From Azolla caroliniana (taxonomy: Eukaryota; Plantae; Polypodiophyta): 64,000 nt of DNA. Location of the stretch: positions 22,072,001-22,136,000 of the forward strand of contig JBHGNT010000007.1 of the NCBI GenBank assembly GCA_043228905.1. Direction: 5' to 3'. Both the position numbers and the translations under genes were made by a program. The notes beneath the pieces were generated by a model. That model ran no database searches. It saw nothing but the letters and a program-made list of their open reading frames with translations, and was not told the DNA's origin. Below, piece after piece: positions 44,836 to 57,549 of this stretch (position 1 is the first letter of the stretch; every line of letters starts with the position of its first letter).

Positions 44836-46639
44836 AGGGGGAGTTTGTTGGGATTTTCGGTCCCTCCGGATGGGATGTCCGGAGATGAATGACGGCAAGC
44901 CCGGTTGCGGTTACGGAACCGGAGGATGAAGAGTACCCGGCATGAAGCCGGATGAAGAGTACCCGGCTACAGAGTCGGATGATGAAGACTCCGGCTACGG
45001 AGCCGGATGATGAAGAGTACCCGACTACGGAGTCGGATGATGAAGACCCCGGCTACGGAGCCGGATGATGAAGACCCGGCTACGGAGCCGGATGATGAAG
45101 ACCCCGGCTACGGAGCCGGATGACGAATGTACCCGGAGAGAGATCCGGATGCGGGGACATATTGGTGAATATGTTTTGCCAAGGGCCCTGGTGGCTATAT
45201 TTGTAAATAGCCCTAAAGTCATATGTGTATAAATATGACTTAGGGCAAACAGTTTTATGTTGTTGCTCATTTTTCTGTTTTCCACTGAGAGAGAGTGAAG
45301 AGAGCAGCCGAGAGAGAGAGAGAGAGAGCGAGAGACGAGGAGGTCGTTGCCTCTGTGTATTACCGCCGCCTGTGGCGAAGACAGTGAGCTCAAGGTTGTT
45401 GCCTTGAAGCTTCACCATTGTACATCTCTGTTCATAGTGATAGTTGGAGTTTGAGGACTCCCGTGGTTTTTCCCATTTAGGGTTTTCACGTAAAATATCC
45501 TGTGTACTCTTCTCTCTACTGAGCGGTGCATTTTGTATTTCCTGTTTTCTGCGAGCTAATCATATTCCTCGGTCGTGGCCGAGCACGTTGTTCAACAAAG
45601 ATGACATCCATCCGGACGGTATTGAGCATAGTAGCAAGCATGGACCTCGAGGTAGAGAAACTGGACGTCAAGACGGTATTCCTACATGGCGACCTCGAAG
45701 AAGAGATCTACATGCATCAACCGGAATGATTTGAGAAGAAAGGGGAGTACCTGGTGTGTCAGCTGAAGAAGAGGTTATACAGATTGAAGCAAGCCCCCCG
45801 GCAATGGTACCAGAAGTTCAACTCCTTCATGACCGATCAAGAGTACCACAAGACGCAAGCCGATCATTGCGTGTTTGTGAAGAAATTTGACGAAGCAGAT
45901 TTCCTGATATTACTCTTGTACGTGGATGACATGTTGATCGTCGGACGAGACCAAGTCAAGATACAAAAGCTGAAGAAAGCCCTAAACCGGACCTTCTCAA
46001 TGAAATACTTGGGCCCGGCAAGACAGATATTATGGATGCACATAATCCGGGACCCAAGGAAATGAAGAGAGCGTGGTTCAAGGAGCATGAAACATGCAGG
46101 GAAATGATGCCTCAGAACTTGCAGAAGGACAACAAGACGTTTCCGCCTTCCTTTAGTCGAAAACTTCCGTGATGATGGAGACGTTGAACCGTCTACTCTA
46201 TGTGAGCAAGGAGATACAACCCCATGTGAGCAGCAAGGACTCACACTGCTGCCATGGAAGCACCAAGGTCCTAGAATCATCGACATGTCTGATTGTGCAA
46301 GGAGTAAGGGGTTCATGAGAGTGATTAAATTAGTGTGGATGCTCCTAAATCCGGCCTTCTCGTTTGAGTCGACTGCAGAGGTCTTGCATGATGCTTCAGT
46401 CAGAGGAGGGCTATGGTGTCCATGAGCAGAGTGTCCATGATGATGATCATAACGGTAGTGATGATCATATGTTGGTGACAATCATGTGCTTCTCGGGCAT
46501 GCCAAAAGTGTTGTTGGGGTGGGGGGTGAATCTTAGAATGGCTTCACCCCCCTCCCAAGGGGGTTACGATAGAAAGAGAGAGAGAAGGAAAGTGAAAATA
46601 CAAAATGACACAAAAATGAGAGGGGAAAAAACTATATCC

Positions 46640-49600
46640 ATTAGATGCCCCATAAGGGGTTTATATTATACATAATGTAACTGTAAATAATGACCGTTAC
46701 AAAAGAGACGACCGTTACACTCTTGTCACATGCACATAATTGTGCATGTGCTCACACATACTCATTTACTTTACACATACACAACAACAACATCATTACA
46801 CATACCCTTATGCCTCCCTGTATATTCTTACGGGTAACACTCCTGGTTACGGATATCATCCGGACACCGATCCGGTTTTTCGTTCCGGATCTGGTTGAGC
46901 TTGCATGCTCAACACTCCCCCTCAAGCTGAACTTGAGGTCAGATCGGGGTGTCAGTTTCTGTGGTAGCTGGTTCTTCCGTCCGACTCCTAGCATCCTCCC
47001 GCCTTGCTCGCGCTCCTCGTCCGGTCCGGTTCCGCTTTCCGCGACCCGTCCGATTCTGCGCTCCTCGACCTCCTTGGTCGGCTTGTCTGCTCAGCAAGTC
47101 CAACTCAGCTCCTTCGTTGCTATGACTCCGGCGCTTGTCAACCCATCGGTTCCTCCGCATCGATGTCGACTTCCGCTGCCTTCTCGTGCACTTGGCCTTT
47201 AGTTGATCCGGCTCGTTCCAGTTCTTGTCCAAGTTGGTGGTCTCCAACTCGTCTTCCATTTTCAAGCCCTTGACCACATCGGACCACGTCCAGCTCTTGG
47301 CCTTTTTTCGGTCAGCTCGGTCCTTCTTGACTCTGCCGTCGCTTCCACTTGCTCCGACTTGTTCAGATGTGCCGACTCCTTCGGTTGGCTCGGCCTCCTT
47401 TTTCTGCTCATCTCCCCCCTTGGTTCTTTCTTCCTCTCCGGCTCCTTGTCCGGTGCCATCCGTTCTCCCCCTCAAGTGCGGCACGTCGAGATGTTGTAGA
47501 CCCAACATTCCGGAAAAGTGTTGCAACTTGTCCGATCTGAGCGGCTTGGTGAAGATGTCAACAACCTACCAATCCGTATGAACATACTGAAGTTCAACTT
47601 CACCGCTCAGGAACCACTCACGGACAAAGTGATAATGCACCTCTATGTGCTTTGTCCGAGCAAGGAATACAGGGTTCTTGGCAAGCTGTATGATGCTTAC
47701 GTTGTCGGAGTAATTCAGGATCGGGGTCGGTACCTCGATTCGGAAGTCTCACAGCAATCGCCAAAGCTAGATGGCTTCACAAGTGGCAATGGTAGCGCCC
47801 CAGTACTGAGCCTCAGTGCTCAACAAAACCATTGTTGGCTGCTTTTTGCTGCTCCGTGCAACAATCGCGCTCCCAAGAGAAAACATGTAACCGGAGGTGG
47901 ATCAGCAATCCGATGCATCACCAGCCTAGTTGACATCGGTATATCCGACTAGCTTCCTAGCTCTACCATGTCGGTATAACAGTCCTCGGTCCTTCGTGCC
48001 ACTCACATATCGCAATAGTCGATGCGTGCACTGAAGGTGCTCCGTGGTCGGCTTCTACATAAACTAGTTGATCACCCCAACTGGATAACTAATGTCGGGT
48101 CGGGTGATCGTCAAGTATATAAGGCTCCTGACAATTTTTCGGAACCATTTCTCATCACAGACCGGGCCGGAGTCTGGACGTAGCTTCAGGTTCTGGTCCA
48201 AGGGTGTGGAGATCGGTCGGCATTCCGTCATGCCAAACTTGTACGACATATTCAACACATAGTGTCTTTGTGAGAGCAATATGCCATCGGGGCCCCGAAT
48301 CACCTTGATCCCAAGAAAATAATGAAGGTCCCCCAAGTCCTTCATTTCAAATGTGTCTGACAATTGGGACTTCACTCTGCCAATTTCATCCAGTCCGGGT
48401 CTGGTGATGACTAAATTATCAACATATAGCAGGATACAAACCAGATTCGCTCCGATCCCGGGTCAGATTCACTCTGAGCCGACCCTTCACTATCGGTAAC
48501 GTATTCCAGCATCTTCTTCTTCCCCTTCTCTTTGCGCGTGAACCGTCTCCTCAGTTCCTTGTATGGGGAGAGCATGGCAGAGTCTCCACTACTCGCTGGT
48601 TCTTCATCCGACTGGTCATCTCGACTCAGCTGCTCATACGGCCCACTCAACCGGAATGAGATCGAACTCTTATCTAGAGTACCGACAACTTCATCTTCTT
48701 CTTGAACCTTTCCGGGTTCATTAGCCTCATCCTCCGGAATCAGGTCTTCGTCGGGAGTTGGAGTCGGTAGGGAGTACCATGATGCCGACTCATCAAACTT
48801 GAAATCTTGACTTACTCGTACCTATTTAGTCCAGGGGTTATAACACTTATACCCCTTTTGTTCATGCGAGTAGCCGATGAGACGAGTATGCACTTCTCCG
48901 ATTTCGGATCCAACTTCCTCCGCTTATCATCCAATAGATGCACATATGCTATGCTACCGAATATCTGAATGTGTCTCAAATTCGGCTTCCGCCCGAAATA
49001 TAGCTCATGTGCTGACACCTTGTCCCCGATCTGGTTTTGGATGTAGACAACCGTCCGGACCGCCTCAACCCAGTAGAATTTGGGCATTACTCTTCTCCTC
49101 CAGCATTGTCTTTGCCACGTTGACAATCGACCGGTTCTTCCTTTCGGCCATATAGTTTTGTTCTGGTGTATATTGGCAGCTGAATTCTCTCTTAATTCCG
49201 TTTTGCTACATATAATTGTTGAATTGGCCGGAAAAGTATTCTTTTCCGCCATCCGACCGCATGCACTTTATCTTCATCTCCGTTTCCCTTTCGACTAAGC
49301 TTTGAAGGTTCCGGAAATAGTCAAATACTTCGCTTTTCTTCTCGATGAGGTAGATCCACGTGTGTTGGTTGTAGTCGTCAACGAAGGAGATGAAATACCG
49401 ACTCCCGCCAAGACTAACGTTCTGTGCCGGTCCCCATACATTCGAATGGATTAGATCGAGCTTGTTACGGCTCCGGTTTCATTCGGTGGGGAATGGAAGC
49501 CGGTGTTGCTTCCCGAGTTGGCAAGCTTCACATATTTGGGACTCCCGAACACAACTTGTTTTGATTGGAAATCTTGAAGCCTCCGGTAGTTGATGTGGCC

Positions 49601-51607
49601 AATCCACTTATGCCAAAGATCGATGTCCGATTCAATCTTCTGTCCTTTGGCAAACATGGCGATGCCGACGTCATTTGTGTTGAGGATGAACATCCTCCCT
49701 TCTCTTCACCCTTACACGATTATCCGGCCTTCTTCCTCGATGAAGCACCTGAGGTGCGTAAACCGCACCTACATTCCCTGGTCGACAATTTGTCTGACAG
49801 ACACTAGGTTCTTTGTGATTGTCAGAACATGTAGAAAATTCATCAGCTTCCCCTTTTGTCCGACATGGCTTAAAGGAACTTCTCCGACATGCACAATCGG
49901 GTGAGGACTGTCATCTCTAGTTTCGACAATTCCGGTTGTTCCGATTTCTCTAGAAATGAGAACCACTCTTCATGGCTCGTAATGTGGTTTGATACTCCGG
50001 AATCAACATACCACACTTCCTCCGATCCGGAAGTGGTCTTCTTCATCGAGTTTTCCTTGTGCTTCATCACGAAGGCAGGCCCCTTTCCGGTTTTTCCAGT
50101 TCCGGATCCTTCCGATCCTTCAACGTAGTGCGAGCCTTGCCAAATCCAGATTTATATGAATCGGCACGCTTCTTCCAGCACTCGCTCTCTCTATGAACTT
50201 TCTTGCCACAATACCAGCATTTCGTGTCGATTTTCGGCTGCCGGTTTCAGGCTCCGACTTGAGTCCCCCTGCTTGTGGAGGGTCTAGAACTATTGTCGGC
50301 ACCGTCTCTGTGCCTTAGGTTCTGCTCTTGTCTGCCGCCTCCATTGTGTGCCGACCCACCTCGTCCTCCACACCCACGGGGATGATCCACCTCCGTGAAC
50401 AACATCCGGTTGTCCGATTGAGTGGTCCTCGACCCGTTCGCATGGTTTTCTTTGACCAACAACATTGATTGTAAGTCGAAGAAGGAGGGTGGCTTCTCCC
50501 AGGTGCAAATTGTCATCCGGATTGGCCCTTACCGTTGTGCAAGACCACCAAGACAGATCTAGACCATCTCTTCTTCTTCCACTATTACGTTGATGGTCTG
50601 AGTGCATCACAGATCACCTTGATCTTAGTGGTGTAGTCCATAACCGACATATCTCTTTGCCGAAGGTTGTTCAGCTCTTGCCGAAGCTGCAACTTACGGG
50701 CTATGGTACTTGTGGCGAAAATCTTCCGTAGATTTTCCCAGGCCTCCTTTCACGTTTTTATGTCCTTGATGTAACCGAGCATCTGATCGTGCACACCGGA
50801 CGCGAGGCAGTACAATACTCGGCTCGCTCCTTGCGCCCATGCCGGGAAGTCTTTGTGTGCCGGCTTCGGTGCTACCTCGCCGGTGTCAATGGGCATTAAT
50901 GCGTTGCAACTCTCCTTTATCTTCGCGATGTAGTCTAAAACTGACATATCCTTCTGTCGGATATTGTTCAATTCTTGCCGAAGCTATAGCTTCTAGGCTA
51001 ACGTACTTGCGGTGAAAATCTTTTTCATATTTTCCCAGGCCTGTTTCGGCGTCTTAGCATCCCTAATGTAGTCGATCATCTGGTCATGCACGGAGGACAC
51101 TAGGCAGTATAGAACTCTGCTTGCTCCTTGTTCCCATGCCGGGAACTCCTTTTGTGATGACTCTGGCGCTATGTCATTCGCACCCTCAACATAACTCCAG
51201 TATCCATGTCCGAGCAGATACTGGTGCATCTTGTATGACCAGGATGCATAGTTGTGTCTGTCAAAATCGAGCTTGCCATACCTTTGTCCATCTTTCGCTC
51301 TTTACCGGGTGTTAGGGTTTGTCTACAGTAATCGCTCATCGACTGCAGAGGTTCTCAACCCTCACGCTCTGATACCATGTTAAAGTTAATACACAGAAGC
51401 TTTAACAAAACGGTTTATCAGGATAGCAACATAAAACAGAGAATGAAGGTTTAATGGAAGCTTAAGAATAGAGAATACACAGGAGAGACAGAGAGAGAGC
51501 CAAAAGCATAAACTCAATTCAAAATAATAACACTTTTGTTGAGATACAAGCTCTACATTGGCTGGATCGACTATGCAAGCTGAGAACCGGATCGGTTTGG
51601 ACCAATC
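46640..51607 (-). mobile_element. Degenerate Ty1/Copia element (minus strand)
   Basis: PBS (iMet) GCTCTGATACCA at 51367-51378. 5' LTR part 51379-51607. gag, VDSG, integrase, RT/RH fragments with an internal RT deletion. PPT GAGGGGGAG (minus) at 46915-46923. Left LTR boundary uncertain. Confidence 0.8.
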
Positions 51608-54600
51608 TGTTAGGCCGGATCGATGCGTAAACCGGTGTGCAAACTGGTGTGCAACAAGAGGCCGGATCGGCGCAAAAACCGGGAGGCCGTTGAACAGATA
51701 TTCCGCAAGGGAATATATTTGGGAGTTAGTGTAGGAGCTCAGTTATGAGCAGTGAAGTACGTGTCAGTACTTCTGTCAGTCCGTATGGACTTGTATAAAA
51801 GTGCTCTCTAAGCACATCCTATGGACAGAGTTTTACACATTATTTTGAATTTAGTTTTTCTGTGTGTTCATTCCCTCTCTGTCTCTCCCACATACATTGT
51901 GTTTTAAGCTCTCCATTAAACCTGTTTTTTCTCTGTCGGTATTCTATGTTTCGTATAGCTTCCACACGTTACATTTCACATGGTATCAGAGTGCAAGGGT
52001 TGAGAACCTCTGCAACCGACTTCAACTCGAAACAACAACAAAAAAACTAATCTCGGTGAAGAACGAAAAGGAAAAAATGGATAAAGGTATGGCTAGTTCG
52101 CTTCCAACTGAGAAACTCGACAAAAGTAACTATGCATCTTGGTCGTACAAGATGCACCACTACCTGCTCGGACATGGATACTGGAGCTATGTCGATGGAG
52201 CGAATGATGCAACACCTGAAATTGACACACAAAGACTTCCCGGCCTGGGAACAATCAGCAAGCAGAGTTCTCTACTGCTTCGCGTCCTATGTGAGCGAAC
52301 AACACTTGAGCTACATTCGGGATGCAAGAACGCCAAAGGATGCTTGGGGAAATTTGAAAAAGATTTTCGCCGCAAGCACCACAGCCAAGAAGCTCCAGCT
52401 CCGACAGGAGTTGAGTAATGTACGTCAATGCGACATGATGATGGCTGACTACACCTCCAAGATAAAGGATATATGCGACTCCCTCGCCTCCATCGATGTG
52501 AACGTTGAGGAGGGCGAAATGGTGCAAATCTGCCTCGAAGGATTGGCGTCGAAGTTCAGAGCATTCCGAACTGCTATTTATACAAGGGAGAATACGTCGT
52601 CGTTTTTCGACTTGCAATCGATGCTCCTTGTAAAGGAGAATCACGCGGGTGCGTCGACGAGTATGCACGCCGACAGCAAGATGTTGTACACGGAGGGAGA
52701 TAGGCCCCGTGGTAGTGGTAGACGAGACGAATCAGCATGCAATGGAGGCGGCCGACAGGAGCAAGGAAGAAGGCATCGTGGTGATGTCGACAGCAATTTT
52801 GGACCCTCCGAAAGCAGGGGGAGTCGACGAGGCGACAAGAACCAGCAAGGGAAACACGCCGTGGAATGCTAGTATTGTGGCAAGAAAGGCCACAAGGAGA
52901 GTGAGTGCTGGAAGAAGCGCACTAATTCGGAGAAAATCAGATCCGGATCCGGCCCGATCGAACAAGGAAATCGGCAGCGAACGCACTACGCCGAAGGATC
53001 CGACGAAGTCGGAAAGGGGACAGCCTTCGTGACAAGACACGTAGCGAACTCGATGAAGAATACCACCCCAAAATCGGACGAAGTGTGGTACGTTGACTCC
53101 GGAGCGTCAAACCATATGAAAAACCATAAAGAGTGGTTCTCATATCTGGAAAAACCGGAACAACCGGGAGTAGTCGCAACAGGAGACGACACTCCGCATC
53201 CAATCGTACATGTCAGTGAAGTTCCCCTCAGCCATGTCGGGCAAAAAGGGAAGCTAATGAACGTGTTACACGTCCCGACAATTCGGAAGAATTTGGTGTC
53301 AGTCGGACAGATCATCGACCAGGGGATGCAAGTCCGGTTCACGCATCTCGGGTGCTTCATCGAGGAAGAAGGCCAAGTTATTACACAAGGGCGCAGAGAT
53401 GGGAGGATGTTCATCCTCGACACCAATGATGTAGGCACCGCCATGTTCGCGAAAGGGCAAAAAGTCGAGCCGGATATCGACTTGTGGCATAAGCGGATAG
53501 GTCACATCAACTAACAAAGGCTTCAGGACCTGCAATCGAAACAAGTTGTGTTCGGATTGCCAAAATTCAATGGTCGAAAGGCCCAAATTTGTGAAGCCTT
53601 CCAGCTAGGGAAGCAACACCGACTTCCTTCCCCCAACGAGCGTAATTGGAGCTGAAATAAGCTTTACTTGATACACTCAGATGTATGGGGACCAGCACAG
53701 AACGTGAGTCTTGGTGAGAGTCGATATTACGTCTCCTTCATCGACGACTACACCCGGCACACATGGATCTACCTCATCGAATAGAAGAGTGGGGTCTTCG
53801 ACTATTTCCGGAACCTCAAAAATCTTGTCGAAAGGGAAACAGGGACGAAGATCAAGTGCATGTGGTCGGATGGCAAAAAAATGTACTTTTCCGGCCAATT
53901 CAACAGTTATCTACAACAAATGGGAATTCGACATGAATTCAGTTGCAGGTATACGCCGGAGCAAAAAGGCGTAGCCGAAAGGAAGAATCGGTCGGTTGTG
54001 GAAGCAGCACAAGCAATGCTGGAAGAAAAGAGCATGCCCAAGTTCTATTGGGCCGAAGCGGTCCAAACCGCGGTCTACATCCAGAATCGGATCGACGAAA
54101 AAGTGTCGGCACATAAGCTGTATTTTGGAAGGAAGCCGAATCTACGACACTTGAGGGTTTTCAGTAGCATCACGTATGTGCATGTGTCGAAGGAGAAGCG
54201 GATGAAGCTTGATGCGAAAGCTGAGAAGTGTATCTTGGTCGGCTATTCGGACGAACAAAAGGGTTATAAGTGTTAAAACCCCCGAACCAAACAAGCTCGC
54301 GTAAGTCGCGATGTTGTGTTCGATGAGTCCGCGTCTTGGTATTTGCCTCCGACTCCGGACCTCAACTCCAATCCGAGTTCTGAAAATGAGGCCAACGAGG
54401 CTGAGATGCCTCAGGATGAGCGCGAAGTTGGAACTCTTCAAGAGAGTCCAATCTAATTTCGGCTAAGTGGACCGAATGAGCGACTGAGTCGGTTTGACCA
54501 GTTAGATGAAGAGCCAGCGAGTAGAGGAGACTCGGCCGTGCATTCCCCGCGCAAGGACCCGAAGGGACGGCTTACGCGCAAAGAAAAGGGAAAGAAGAAG

Positions 54601-55181
54601 ATGCTGGAGTCCGGCACGAATAGGGAAGATTCGGATCGACGTGAATCCAACTCCGAGAAGAGCGATGACGGACCTTCAAGAGCAAACCCACGTCAGCCAG
54701 AACAGCCTCAACATCGGCTAATGAACAATTACGTCGATCTACCCGCCAGAAGAACCTTGTTTTGCGGTTTGGATACAACGAGTACATGACGCATCACTAT
54801 GCGTACATGAGACACATAGCGGAAGTGCGTGAGCCGGAGAGCTACGTAGAAGCTGCAAAGGACGCAAATTGGTGTGCCGCCATGGAGGAAAAGATGAACG
54901 CACTTGCGGAGAATGAAACCTGGGACCTGGTTAACGCCCCCAAGGGTGTAAAGCCGATTGGATGCAAGTGGGTGTACAAGTTCAAGTACAACACTGACAG
55001 CTCGGTCAACCAATACAAGGCCCGGTTAGTAGCAAAAGGCTATGCGCAACAACATGGCATCGATTACGATGAAACGTTTGCGCCGGTCGCAAAGATGACG
55101 ACCGTCCGTGTTTTGCTTGCGATAGCTTCGGCAAAGGAGTGGCACTTACATCAGATGGATGTAAAGAATGCGTTCCTGCAA
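51608..55181 (+). mobile_element. Degenerate Ty1/Copia element of the same family, 3'-truncated in RT
   Basis: LTR ~51608-51980 (TGTT...CACA). PBS TGGTATCAGAG at 51981-51991. gag 52069-52872, PR WYVDSGAS, INT, RT start to QMDVKNAFLQG. Confidence 0.85.
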
Positions 55182-56314
55182 GGCCAAATTTATTGCTACG
55201 AAAACCATGCTAACAGTTCCTGAATTGGCTTACCAATTCGTTGACGAGTTATTTCATTTTTATGGGTTACCGATGGATATCGTGAGTTATCGAGATCCAA
55301 AGTTTACTAGTGACTTCTAGACGCAAGTCTTTAAGAAGTTAGAAACTACATTGAGCATGAGCTCCACGAATCATCCGAAAATCCGATGGACAAACAGAAC
55401 GAGTAAATCAAATTATTGAGGACATGCTTCGAGCATATGTTGGTACAAAACCAACAAAATGGGAATGTTATCTCCCAATTTTGGAGTTTGCTTATAACAG
55501 CTCCAAGCATACATCGACGGGATATAGTCCTTTTATGTTGATGTATGGTTTTAAGCCACGAGCCCCGATTGATGTTAATATACATCATGATGAGTTGCGA
55601 AGTACGCAAAACTTTCTTCCGGATATGCAAGATATGTTGCATATTGCACGAGATAATATAAAAACAGCTCAAGATAGAGCGTGTTTTTATGCCGATCATC
55701 ATAGGCAACCTCCTATATTCAACCCTTGACAGAAGGTATTTTTACGTGTACCTCACAATTCTAAGACATTTTCTAAGGGTAAGTGTGCTAAGTTAGCCCC
55801 ACGGTTTTGTGGACCTTTTACAGTCCTCAAACGCATTGGGTCATTAGCCTATCGTCTCACTCTACCCGATGGTCTTGAAATTCATCCAGTTTTTCATGTG
55901 AGTCGTCTAAAAGAACTTCTAGGTTCTGGCAACAATACAATTACAACTGAAACTCTGGTTACTTCTGAAGAATTATCTTCTAAACCACATGTACTAGAAA
56001 GAATTCTCGATGTTAAAACAAAAAAATTACGTACTAAAGAAATCCGAGAATTTAAAATAAAATGGATGGTTAAATCAATAAAAGATGCCACATGGGAATA
56101 GGAAAATACTCTGAGAACTAACTTCCCTAACTTTCCATTGCGAGAGTGCAATGTTTTAAAGAGGGGGGGGAGTATGTTACGGGCATGACCATATAATATC
56201 CCGTGGTGAGAATTTACCGTAGTATTCTATACACATGGATAAGTGTGAGGGTTAAACGAGAGTGTAAAGAAGGGGAGGATTACTTTTAATCCTTAGGATT
56301 GAGACAACCCATTA
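55182..56314 (+). repeat. Duplicate of chromovirus integrase/chromodomain tail, PPT and LTR start (copy of 60954-62082)
   Basis: Near-identical sequence at an offset of ~5770 bp; LTR starts TGTTACGG at 56175 after a G-rich PPT. Confidence 0.9.
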
Positions 56315-57549
56315 CGCCAATTGTGAACTTGCTTGGGGTTTAGGTCAATACCTCAATTGCGTATTACGATTAACCCTTATTTTAAGATGTTTCGTGTGCG
56401 TTGAGGGTATATGCCTCGATTACGTATCTCGATTACATCATTTTGGGCTATTTTATATTACGATTTCTTTTATATATGCATATGTGGTCACGTGTATACG
56501 TATTTGATCGTATATATGTGATAATATACATATGTGTATATAAGTTATTACGTGATTTCAATATCGAATGTTTTCCTTTTCGGGGAAAGGATCTTGGTGG
56601 TCGTCCTCACATTTTTGTGAGAATGGCGTTGTCACCATCCCTTTTTCAACAAATTTTTATTGTTGACATCCCCGTTGGTGACTTTGATTTCATTATGTAA
56701 TGAAACAATCTTAGCCACAATGGTGTTGAGAACGTAGGGCTTGACCCACTTGATGTGAGGTCACTCTTATGACACACATATCCAACATCCCTCCCTCATT
56801 ACATGGATACGATGCCACCATGAGATCATTCTTACGAAAGGCATTCGTAATGACGTAACCATGTGATGGGCCATGTTGGCCTACTACGAAAAGAGGGCTC
56901 ATTTGGCTTGACCATTAGGTTGCACTTTGGCGTATGCCATCGTAATTACAAGACTTGAGGTTAGGTAACGTACCAACAAAGTTTGTGGTTAACGAGGGGG
57001 AAATAAGGAAGCTTGACATATATGGGCAAATGCCTCACATATCTCTTATACGCATTAAACATTCAAGAAGAGCAACCTACTTGGTTGGCTCAAGTGTTTA
57101 ATGCATTTGTTCTCGAGGTTTGGGGTTCAAATATGACCAAGACCACACAACATCGTTGATACATATGACTATAACACATGTTTAGACTTCAGGTCTAAGT
57201 GCACTTCGGGGTCCTCGTAATAGGACTTAAAGAGCCGAAACCACATATGTGGGCACCGAAACATAGTTTATTGTTAACATTTTTTTCGTGTATAAACTAT
57301 TCATGACGTGAACATACATGGTTGAGCCTCGGGGAGCCGTCATGAAAAATCGATATAGAGACTTTGTGTTACCATAGTAACCTGATCTTCAACCTCATCT
57401 CATACGTCTAGAGGGGTATTTACGTCAGATCATGATATCGATTAATGTTTGCCCATGATATGTTTACATCACGACATGATGTTATGACTATTTGTCTGAC
57501 CTTATCCTATTTCTTTGCCAGAAATAATCATTCAATTCCTCAAAATAAC

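Larger units (their letters stand above)
39979..45597 (+). mobile_element. Intact Ty1/Copia LTR retrotransposon (Tnt1/Tork-like)
   Basis: 752-bp LTRs 39979-40730 and 44846-45597 (~6 differences seen). TSD AAGAT. PBS TGGTATCAGAGC (iMet) at 40734-40745. PPT GAAGGGGGAG at 44834-44843. Confidence 0.96.
39730..46065 (+). pseudogene. Older Tork-like Copia RT fragment, split by the intact element
   Basis: 39730-39978 (…DFDEIFAPVVK) continues at 45598-46065 (MTSIRTVL…YVDD); closely related to the inserted element. Confidence 0.85.

Noticed and set aside
57060-57140. tRNA/SINE head (TGGCTCAAGTG...GGTTCAAAT)
   Set aside because: Only degenerate A/B-box-like words; no cloverleaf, tail or TSD.
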